Shown: piece by piece, positions 18,484 to 25,558 of the stretch
Numbering within the stretch: the stretch's first letter is position 1
Layout of the letters: every line of letters starts with the position of its first letter
Source: Nanobdellota archaeon
Lineage (GTDB): Archaea; Nanobdellota; Nanobdellia; Pacearchaeales; GW2011-AR1
Direction of reading: 5' to 3'
Length of the DNA stretch: 32,316 nt
NCBI GenBank assembly: GCA_018901625.1
Contig: JAHIEM010000051.1
Coordinates: forward strand, 1 to 32,316
Made by a program: the position numbers and the translations under genes
The notes under the pieces: generated by a model
Told to the model about the DNA's origin: nothing
Seen by the model: only the letters and a program-made list of their open reading frames with translations
The model's database searches: none

Positions 18484-18771
18484 TCATTTTTCTAAAATTT
18501 TCCCAGCTCGTTTAATCACAAACTTCTTCTTTGCTTCGTGAAGTTTGGGAGACAGAGAATTCTCAATTCTCTGTATCATTTCTTTTTTCAAGCCAATGAA
18601 AACTCCCCCCTCTTTTCCCCGAACATAAGTTGCCTCTCCTGGCTTTACAATCTTGTTTAAAGCATCAAGTTCAATATCAACATGAGTTATTCTTGCATTG
18701 CTCTTGCCTTTCTCGTGAATATAAACATCAGCCTTCCCAATCAATTTCTTCCCATAACCTTTTCCACTCAT
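18484..18771 (-). CDS. Hypothetical basic protein
   Basis: 95 aa. Its start abuts the stop of the upstream ORF (18772). No motif recognised. Confidence 0.45.
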   Translation of the reverse strand: MSGKGYGKKLIGKADVYIHEKGKSNARITHVDIELDALNKIVKPGEATYVRGKEGGVFIGLKKEMIQRIENSLSPKLHEAKKKFVIKRAGKILEK

Positions 18772-19164
18772 CTAAACCTCTTTTGTAAACTTATTTAGAA
18801 TTTTACTTCTTCTAGTTAGAATTCCATCTTCAGGACAGAAGTCCTTATTCTTGTAAATAAGATGAAACTCACTCTCTCCAACTAAAATATTCAGAACTAT
18901 AAAATGATGAACTAAATCTGATAGAACTATTCCCAAGCCAAGATTAAACAAAAATCTCTCAAACATCCCGCTGAATGCAAGAGAGACTGGCACAATCAAC
19001 AATCCGAGGAATAAGTGATGCCAGTGAAATTTGTATCTCCCCCACTTCTTATTAAGGCTGTTAGAATAATAATCCCTGCTCTGTCTATGAAACCCAAATC
19101 TCATAATCAGGGTAGTAATCTCTACAATCATCAGGCTTATCAAGATTATCTTTATGCTTATCAT
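18772..19164 (-). CDS. Multi-pass membrane protein (hypothetical)
   Basis: 130 aa, 3-4 hydrophobic segments, His-rich loops (FHWHHLF, LVHHF). It starts 23 nt downstream of the tRNA 3' end. Confidence 0.5.
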   Translation of the reverse strand: MISIKIILISLMIVEITTLIMRFGFHRQSRDYYSNSLNKKWGRYKFHWHHLFLGLLIVPVSLAFSGMFERFLFNLGLGIVLSDLVHHFIVLNILVGESEFHLIYKNKDFCPEDGILTRRSKILNKFTKEV

Positions 19165-19186
19165 CTTCCCTCTTTTTCATTAAAAA

Positions 19187-19283
19187 TAGCGGGGGCGGGA
19201 TTTGAACCGCGCGACCTCAGGGTTATGGGCCATTCGCTTTGTTTTCACAAATCTGCGAGCTAACCAGGCTGCTCCACCCCGCT
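19187..19283 (-). tRNA. Initiator-type tRNA-Met (CAU) with a 21-nt non-canonical intron (between positions 29/30)
   Basis: Acceptor AGCGGGG/CCCCGCU (A1:U72), discriminator A, D stem GAGC/GCUC (A11:U24). After removing 19232-19252 the anticodon stem is CAGGG/CCCUG (three G:C pairs) with loop CCCAUAA. T loop UUCAAAU, followed by an oligo-T tract. Caveats: C at position 33 and one extra C in the 5' strand of the T stem. Confidence 0.8.
19232..19252 (-). other. tRNA-iMet intron with bulge-helix-bulge motif
   Basis: Positions are counted from the tRNA 5' end. Central 4-bp helix UCGC (nt 26-29) / GCGA (nt 47-50). The 3-nt bulges are AGA (30-32) and AUG (51-53), and the inner helix is UUUG/CAAA (33-36/43-46). 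Cutting after the 2nd bulge nucleotide on each side yields the mature anticodon stem. Confidence 0.7.
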
Positions 19284-19307
19284 ATATACTATCTCCCCGA
19301 TTTTCAC

Positions 19308-19988
19308 TTATAAACCTTTCTCTTGCAAAAAAGGCATTGCTCTCTCAATGTAAAGCTTATTAGAACTCCCAACAAGACTAAACCATTTTTTAAGCTCATA
19401 TTTTCCGCTTATCCTTATCTTAATCTTGCCCTTCTCTAATTCTTGAATTTTGTAATTAAAACCTGCTTCATTTAGGATGCTAATAAATTGATTTTTTGCA
19501 GGGCAAGGGCAGACTCTAATCTCAATTCTGGGATAACTTATTCCGTTGTTGTTAAAGACAGTCACAGAACCATCAGTGTCAAATAATCCTCTTAGAACAA
19601 GCAAGCCGAGTTTTCCCTTAGTGTAATCTCCTGGGATTTCCATATTTTCCCACTTAGGAGAGATTTTAAGCCCAAGAGAGTCTAATGCGTAAAGAACCTT
19701 TTCTTTCTTAAAAACTCTTATGTCCACCGCATTTTCTTTTTTCTTAAAGAAAATCTTAGGTTCTTCATCAAGAACGTTCTCAATGAGTTTTGCAACATAT
19801 TTAGCGTATTCTTTATTTCTTGAGTCGAGAGTAACTTTTAACTGGTGCATTCGCTTTTTCTTACCCTCCTGTTCAAAGTCGTAAATCCCAATACTGCCAT
19901 CTCCCAGCATGATTCCTATAAACTCAGCTATTTTATCCTCTTTTTCCATCCCTAAATTAAGCATTTCTAGATATTTAATTTTTTCCAA
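19308..19988 (-). CDS. Free-standing double-motif LAGLIDADG homing-endonuclease-like protein
   Basis: Two LAGLIDADG motifs (FIGIMLGDGSI and LRGLFDTDGSV) about 100 aa apart; 226 aa. Confidence 0.8.
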   Translation of the reverse strand: MEKIKYLEMLNLGMEKEDKIAEFIGIMLGDGSIGIYDFEQEGKKKRMHQLKVTLDSRNKEYAKYVAKLIENVLDEEPKIFFKKKENAVDIRVFKKEKVLYALDSLGLKISPKWENMEIPGDYTKGKLGLLVLRGLFDTDGSVTVFNNNGISYPRIEIRVCPCPAKNQFISILNEAGFNYKIQELEKGKIKIRISGKYELKKWFSLVGSSNKLYIERAMPFLQEKGL

Positions 19989-20025
19989 TGCGTATATTTA
20001 AAAAGAAAATTAATCTAACCTGAAA

Positions 20026-20741
20026 ATGGAAAGATTAGAGAAAGTACATCTAAAGTTGGGAATTGACGACGCAGGCAGAGAATAACTTTTAGTTGTTCGC
20101 CTATAGGCCCAGTCATAGGCCCAATGGTCCTAGCTGGATGCTTAGTTGATGAAGAAATTGAAGAAGAATTCAAAAAATTAGGGATAAAAGATTCTAAACA
20201 GATTTCACCTAAAAAGAGGCAAGAACTAGCCCGGATAATAAAAGAAAAAGCCCTCGCATTTGAAATAACTTTAACATTTCCTAATGAAATTACAGAAAAA
20301 AACAAGAACGGGGTTAATTTGAATACAATCGAAGCTCAAAAAGCAGCAGAGATTATTAATAAAGTAAATAAGGCACAAGGAAAAATTCTAGTCTATATTG
20401 ACACTCCAAGCCCAAATCTTAAGGCATGGCAGAATGTTCTTGAAGGCTATATAGAAAATAAAGATAACTTAGAAATTCACTGCGAACACAAGGCAGATCA
20501 GAATCATGTCTCCTGTTCAGCAGCAAGCATTTTAGCAAAAACAACACGAGATGCAGAAGTAGAAAAAATAAAAAAGCTAGTTGGAGTTGATTTCGGAAGC
20601 GGATATCCAAGTGACCCTCTAACCTGCAAATTCCTAAAAGAGTATGCAGAAAAACACAAGCATGACGGAATTTTCAGAGAAACCTGGAGCACTTGGAAAC
20701 AAGTTTGCGCTAAAAAAGAGCAGAAAACACTGGATTTCTAA
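20026..20741 (+). CDS. rnhB: Ribonuclease HII, coding sequence interrupted by a 26-nt insert (exons 20026-20078 and 20105-20741)
   Basis: Exon 1 reads MERLEKVHLKLGIDDAGR, then hits a stop at 20083-85. Exon 2 in another frame reads GPVIGPMVLAGC...KDSKQISPKKRQ...HKADQNHVSCSAASILAKTTRD...GSGYPSD. Removing 20079-20104 gives a continuous 690-nt ORF with the consensus GIDxAGRGPVIGP N-terminus. Confidence 0.7.
20079..20104 (+). other. Candidate BHB mini-intron within the rnhB mRNA
   Basis: Helix AGGC (20073-76) / GCCU (20099-102), bulges AGA (20077-79) and AUA (20103-05), inner hairpin GAAUAACU-UUU-AGUUGUUC (20080-98). The outer helix is only 1-2 bp. Confidence 0.5.
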
Positions 20742-21148
20742 GGTTGAGCAACTGCTGTCTCAGCAGCATATTTTGTATTATCCCTTATCTCAAACTGATG
20801 CCCTTGCCTTTGAAAGCCCTCGAGCTCTTCTCTTGCTCTATCATAAACTCTCCTGTCAACTCTAGCTAAATCAGAAATTGCCTCTGATCCAAACTGCGCC
20901 GTCTCTAATTTGGGTCCGTACTGTCTCCCGCCAGACCATGAATCTATGCCAACTTCTTCTCTTGAACTAGCCAAAATAGCCCACCCATCTAACACCTTAT
21001 CTACATAAGTAGTTACCCTAATATGCCTTACTACCTGGGGATGTGGGGAAAATGGAGGATTCAGGATTATATTAAAGTAATATTCACTTACATTGCCCAA
21101 TAATTCTCTATTTCTTGAGGGTCTCTCGCTTAGATGCATCTCCTTCAT
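20738..21148 (-). CDS. Hypothetical protein
   Basis: 136-aa ORF, convergent with rnhB and overlapping its stop by 4 nt. It looks more GC-rich than its neighbours. No motif recognised. Confidence 0.45.
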   Translation of the reverse strand: MKEMHLSERPSRNRELLGNVSEYYFNIILNPPFSPHPQVVRHIRVTTYVDKVLDGWAILASSREEVGIDSWSGGRQYGPKLETAQFGSEAISDLARVDRRVYDRAREELEGFQRQGHQFEIRDNTKYAAETAVAQP

Positions 21149-21218
21149 TCAAAAAACATCAGAATTGGTTATTTAAGCATTATCGTATTTGTGTACATAC
21201 CTGGATTTCTAAACCAGT

Positions 21219-21899
21219 TTATAAAATTTCAACAATTTCTCCAATATCTTTTTTTAGGGAATAGAGCATTGGAGGCCTGTGAGAAACATTTTTTTTCATC
21301 TCCTCTTTCTTCAAAATATCTAAAGATAGAATCTTTTTTGCAAAATTTCTTTTATCAAACTTCTTGTCAAAAATAATCTCATAAATCTTCTGAATTTGGC
21401 CTATAGTAAACTTTTCTGGCAATAGTGAGAAAGCAACTGTTGTGTATTCAAATTTCCATTTTAATCTTTTTAATGAATAATCAAGTATCTTCTTATGGTC
21501 AAATGCAAGCTGGGGAATCTTTTTTACAGAGAACCACCGAACTTCTGAAACATCTGTTGCAGCATTAAGTTTTATTTTTTCAGAATTTATTAAAGTCATG
21601 TAAGCAACTGTAATAACTCTTCCTCTTGGATCTCTCTTAGGATCTCCAAAACTATACAATTGTTCAAGATAAACATCTTTAACTCCAGTTTCTTCTTCTA
21701 ACTCTCTTTTTGCAGCATCTTCCAGAGATTCATGAATTCTAACAAATCCTCCTGGAATTGCCCATTTATCTTTAAAAGGCGTAATACCTCTTTTAACTAA
21801 CAAAATTTTCAAATCATTATTTTGTATTGTATAAATAACTATATCTGCCGTAACAGAAGGTTTCTCATATTTATGGATGTTATCTTCCATAGTGTTCAT
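21219..21899 (-). CDS. nrtR: NrtR-like protein: Nudix hydrolase domain fused to a C-terminal winged-helix domain
   Basis: Nudix box GGFVRIHESLEDAAKRELEEETGV. The C-terminal FTIGQIQKIYEIIFDKKFDKRNFAKKILSLDIL matches the NrtR wHTH signature (FTLxQLQxxYExI...DKRNFRKK). Confidence 0.7.
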   Translation of the reverse strand: MNTMEDNIHKYEKPSVTADIVIYTIQNNDLKILLVKRGITPFKDKWAIPGGFVRIHESLEDAAKRELEEETGVKDVYLEQLYSFGDPKRDPRGRVITVAYMTLINSEKIKLNAATDVSEVRWFSVKKIPQLAFDHKKILDYSLKRLKWKFEYTTVAFSLLPEKFTIGQIQKIYEIIFDKKFDKRNFAKKILSLDILKKEEMKKNVSHRPPMLYSLKKDIGEIVEIL

Positions 21900-21913
21900 A
21901 AAACAATAAGGTA

Positions 21914-21934
21914 TTTAAAGTTTTATTCTTTAAA
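21914..21934. promoter_or_regulatory. Palindrome in the divergent nrtR / 21941 promoter region (back-to-back TATA boxes and/or operator)
   Basis: tttaaag-ttttatt-ctttaaa. Each arm lies about 25-30 nt from the start codon it faces (21941 on + and 21899 on -). Confidence 0.3.
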
Positions 21935-21940
21935 CTAGAT

Positions 21941-23443
21941 ATGATAACAATGCTTTTTCCTGGAAGACATCACATGCTAACTAAGTTTCAATATAGTTAC
22001 CTAAGAAGCATTATTGATAGAGGAATTAATAGAGAGAAAGTTGATAGGATAATTTTTGCAATAACTTCTTCAGACCATGCTAATACTAGAAGGAATCCTA
22101 TTCCACTTTATCTGCGAGTTTTAGCTATAGAGAAATTTTCAAGAGACTTGCCTTGCGAAGTTAAAATTTATCCCATTCCAGATGTTAATCAAACTAAAAA
22201 GTTTGCAGAATATCTACTTCATCAAATAGAATACCAGGGAGGAGAAAAACTAACATCTAAAAATACAATCTTAGCATGTTCAACTCCTCCAGTTATTAAT
22301 TTATTTAAAAAATTAAAATTTGATAACCTGCCTGTAGAATTATTAGATGCAAAAAAAGACAAGTATTCAAATTTAAGGCCATATGAAGTTGTAGATTTGT
22401 TAGTTAAGGCTGGAAAAAACTGGAGAACAGATTTAAAATGGAAAGAATTTGCTTCTCAGGCAACTCAAGACGTATATTTAGAATACAATTTAGGAGACAG
22501 TATTCTTGAATTATTCAAGGACTCTTTGATTAATGAAGATGCAGATTTAACAGATACAAGAGATTATAATAGTTATGCAAGAGGGATGGACCAAAATATT
22601 GAGTTTAAATTTAATGATATAAACCCCTTTGTTATTCAAGGAAAAATAATTGATGCTGGTTGCGGAACAGGAGCTTTAATTTGGCACCTATCAAAATATT
22701 TTGAGGAATCAGATGTTATAGGCATAGAAGCCACAAGGAAGTTTTATGAATATTGTAAATTGCAACAATACCCAAACCCCTTTGTTTATTTTTATAGAAG
22801 AAATATATTAGACCAGAACTTTAAAAAAAATACTATAAACACTTTTATTTATTCATCTGTTCTGCACGAAATTTATTCTTATATAAACAAAGAAGCTTTA
22901 AGAAAAGTTTTGAGGAATACTTACAATCAACTTGCTCCGGGGGGGAGAATAGTTATCAGAGATGTTGTTGGTCCAGAAAAAGGAAAAGAAAAAGTTTTAT
23001 TAGAATTAAATGAAAAGGATGGAAAAAACTTAGGAGATATTAAGTCTCTTTCAACTTATGCAAAATTTCATAGATTTGTTAAAGATTTTATCCCAAGAAA
23101 AATAAAATTCAGAGAAAAGAAAATTAACAGAAAAAAGCTTATAGAAACCACATTAAGTGATGCGTATGAGTTTATGAGCAAAATGAGTTATACTGACAAT
23201 TGGCAAAGTGAAATGCATGAAGAATTTGGATTTTGGAATTTTAGTGATTGGAAAAAAGAATTAAAGAAAATTGGTTTTGAGATTGTTGCAGGATCACATC
23301 CATTCAAAAGCAATTATATTATAGAGAAAATGTATAATGGAAAAATTACAATCTTCAAGCAAAAAGGCAAAGACTTAACAATTGTGAATTATCCTCCAAC
23401 AAATATTATCCTGGCAGGCGAGAAACCTAAAGTAGATAATTAG
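21941..23443 (+). CDS. Fusion protein: NadM/NMNAT-like nucleotidyltransferase-fold N-domain with an altered HxGH motif, plus a class I SAM-dependent methyltransferase domain
   Basis: The N-terminus FPGRHHMLTKFQ...IIFAITSSDHANTRRNPIPLYLRVLAI aligns by eye with archaeal NMNAT GRFQPFHKGH...[21 protein letters not shown]. The MTase motif I is IIDAGCGTGALIWHL, followed by DVIGIEA and later SSVLHEI and GGRIVIRD. Confidence 0.55.
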   Translation: MITMLFPGRHHMLTKFQYSYLRSIIDRGINREKVDRIIFAITSSDHANTRRNPIPLYLRVLAIEKFSRDLPCEVKIYPIPDVNQTKKFAEYLLHQIEYQGGEKLTSKNTILACSTPPVINLFKKLKFDNLPVELLDAKKDKYSNLRPYEVVDLLVKAGKNWRTDLKWKEFASQATQDVYLEYNLGDSILELFKDSLINEDADLTDTRDYNSYARGMDQNIEFKFNDINPFVIQGKIIDAGCGTGALIWHLSKYFEESDVIGIEATRKFYEYCKLQQYPNPFVYFYRRNILDQNFKKNTINTFIYSSVLHEIYSYINKEALRKVLRNTYNQLAPGGRIVIRDVVGPEKGKEKVLLELNEKDGKNLGDIKSLSTYAKFHRFVKDFIPRKIKFREKKINRKKLIETTLSDAYEFMSKMSYTDNWQSEMHEEFGFWNFSDWKKELKKIGFEIVAGSHPFKSNYIIEKMYNGKITIFKQKGKDLTIVNYPPTNIILAGEKPKVDN

Positions 23444-23885
23444 TTCTTGCCCAATCCTTTATTTGTTCTGCTAAACTTTCTAAAGAATAAACAATTTTAA
23501 TCTCAGGTCTTTCAAGTCTTGTTTGAATTTCCACATCTCTTCTTCTTACATACCCTGCATGAACTCCTATGAATAGAGGCTTTTTACCTGTGCTTTGTTT
23601 TCCCAATTCATACAGCGTTATAGGGCAAAGTGTCTCTTTTGGAAACCAGAAAGAAACTGCACTTGCTTTTGCTAGATGATTGTATTCCCAATTTATTTGT
23701 TCTTCTTCAATATTTAGATTGTCTGTTGAAAAATGTTTTCTTTTCGGATTTAAAATAACTAAATTAGTCTCTTTAAGGAGCCTAGCCAAATCAGGTTGCC
23801 AGATTGGACAGTTACTAATGCCACCAGCTAAAAACAAAGACATTTCTTGACCTTCATAAACTTCTGGACATTCTATATATTTCAT
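23427..23885 (-). CDS. Nucleoside 2-deoxyribosyltransferase-like (Rossmann-like N-glycosidase superfamily) protein
   Basis: 152 aa. SLFLAGGISNCPIWQ (nucleotide-binding start), ...EQINWEYNHL...VSFWFPKETLCPITLYELG is typical of the Nuc_deoxyribosyltransferase-like families. Motif-level call. Confidence 0.5.
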   Translation of the reverse strand: MKYIECPEVYEGQEMSLFLAGGISNCPIWQPDLARLLKETNLVILNPKRKHFSTDNLNIEEEQINWEYNHLAKASAVSFWFPKETLCPITLYELGKQSTGKKPLFIGVHAGYVRRRDVEIQTRLERPEIKIVYSLESLAEQIKDWARTNYLL

Positions 23886-23892
23886 ATTAGTT

Positions 23893-25557
23893 TTATCTTT
23901 TGTATTTTTGGGTTACAATCTTTTTTATTAGAGTTAATCCATAAAATTTCTTGTTTTCTTTTGGAAAATCTTCTCTATAATGACAAGCTCTTGTTTCTTT
24001 TCTTGCAAGAGCACTTTCTACAATTGCTAATGCAACCTCTGCAATGTTTCTTACTTCCAAAAAGTCTTTTTCTATTTTATAATTCCAATAATATTCATTT
24101 ATGTCTTTTTTTAATGCAAGAAGTACTTCTCTTGCAGCAGTTAGTCTTTCTTTGTTTCTGGCAATTCCACATAAAGAAGTCATTGTCTTTCTTATTGTTT
24201 CCCAATAATATTCAATTGTTGCTTTGTCTTTTATATGCTGATTAGTTGTTGATTTCCATATGGGAATCTTTATTTCTTCTTTGGAATTTTTATTGTCTTT
24301 GTTAAGGAAATGTTTTGCAGCTAACCTGCCGAATAAAATACATTCTGGAGCAGAATTACTTGCAAGTCTTGTTGCACCATGCAATCCTGTATATGAGACT
24401 TCTCCGATAAAATAACAGTCTTCAATACTTGTTTCACTATTTTCTCCAACCAAAACTCCTCCATTAGAATAGTGTTCTGCATAAACAACTGGGACTGATT
24501 CTTTAATTAAATCTATGCCTTTAGATAAACAAAATTCATAGGAATTTTTAAAATCCTGCTTTAATCTTTCAGACTCAATTTTTGTACAGTCAAGCCAGAT
24601 ATTTTTTAATTTGTTTTTTTTCATTTCCATATCTTCAGCTCTTGATACAACATCTCTTGTTGCTTTTGAACCAAGAGGGTCATATTTTAAAACGAAATCT
24701 TCTTTTGAATCTTTATCAAGTTTGAGAAAAGCTCCTGCTCCCCTTAGTGCTTCTGTTAATAAAAATCTTCTTTCACTTTCATTAGTAAGGCATGGGTCAT
24801 AAAATACAGTTGGGTGAAATTGTATAAATTCCATATTTGCAAGAGGCAAACCAATTCTATATGCCATCGCAAATCCATCTCCAGATGCAATATCTTGATT
24901 AGAAGTATACAAGAAAACTTTTCCCAAACCTCCTGTTGCAATGAATGTACTATCACAGCTTATTGTTTTAATATCATCTTCATTTATATCATAAATATAA
25001 AAACCTAGACATCTATCTTTTCCTTTAGTTTTAAAAAATTTATTTTTTGTTATCAAATCTATTGCTACATGGTTTTCATATAATTTAATATTTGGATGAT
25101 TTTTTACTAATTTTGTTAAAATATCCATTATTGCTTTTCCAGTTGTATCTTTAACATGAAATATTCTGTTGGTAGAATGTCCTCCTTCCCTATGCAAGTC
25201 ATATTCATTATTTATTTTATCAAATTCAACTCCCTTTTTTTCAAGCCATTGGATTACTTCTGGATAGAATTTTTCTGCGCAAAATTTAACTATTTTTTTA
25301 TTATTCAAAAACTTTCCTGCTTTTAATGTATCATCAATATGTTTTTCAAAAGAGTCTCCAGCAATTGGTTTTCCATTTTTTAATGGAATTGCAGTTAATC
25401 CGCCTGCTGCAAGATAACTATTAGAATCTTCTTGCAATTTTTTTTTAACAAATAACGCAACTTTTTTACCAGAATCAGCAATCTCTAAAGCAATAGCACA
25501 TCCAGCAAGCCCGCCTCCTATAATTCCACAATCAGTTTTTAAAAAAATATTTTTCAT
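23893..25557 (-). CDS. nadB: L-aspartate oxidase-type FAD flavoprotein
   Basis: FAD dinucleotide fold DCGIIGGGLAGCAIALEIA, FIATGGLG, FIQFHPT, EHYSNGGV, and GEVSYTGLHGATRLASNSAPECILFG (NadB/SdhA signature); 554 aa. Confidence 0.75.
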   Translation of the reverse strand: MKNIFLKTDCGIIGGGLAGCAIALEIADSGKKVALFVKKKLQEDSNSYLAAGGLTAIPLKNGKPIAGDSFEKHIDDTLKAGKFLNNKKIVKFCAEKFYPEVIQWLEKKGVEFDKINNEYDLHREGGHSTNRIFHVKDTTGKAIMDILTKLVKNHPNIKLYENHVAIDLITKNKFFKTKGKDRCLGFYIYDINEDDIKTISCDSTFIATGGLGKVFLYTSNQDIASGDGFAMAYRIGLPLANMEFIQFHPTVFYDPCLTNESERRFLLTEALRGAGAFLKLDKDSKEDFVLKYDPLGSKATRDVVSRAEDMEMKKNKLKNIWLDCTKIESERLKQDFKNSYEFCLSKGIDLIKESVPVVYAEHYSNGGVLVGENSETSIEDCYFIGEVSYTGLHGATRLASNSAPECILFGRLAAKHFLNKDNKNSKEEIKIPIWKSTTNQHIKDKATIEYYWETIRKTMTSLCGIARNKERLTAAREVLLALKKDINEYYWNYKIEKDFLEVRNIAEVALAIVESALARKETRACHYREDFPKENKKFYGLTLIKKIVTQKYKR

Positions 25558-25558
25558 A

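Noticed and set aside
20079-20104. Programmed +1/-1 ribosomal frameshift or a simple sequencing indel as the explanation for the split rnhB
   Set aside because: The two reading frames are joined correctly only by skipping 26 nt that contain an in-frame stop. A single-nucleotide slip would translate non-homologous residues and would not regenerate GIDDAGR-GPVIGP. Pseudogenisation by insertion cannot be excluded and is kept as the alternative in the finding.
20015-20305. 96-aa minus-strand ORF across the rnhB 5' region
   Set aside because: It is antisense to rnhB exon 1, the insert and exon 2, and has no motif. The plus-strand reading reproduces the RNase HII consensus.
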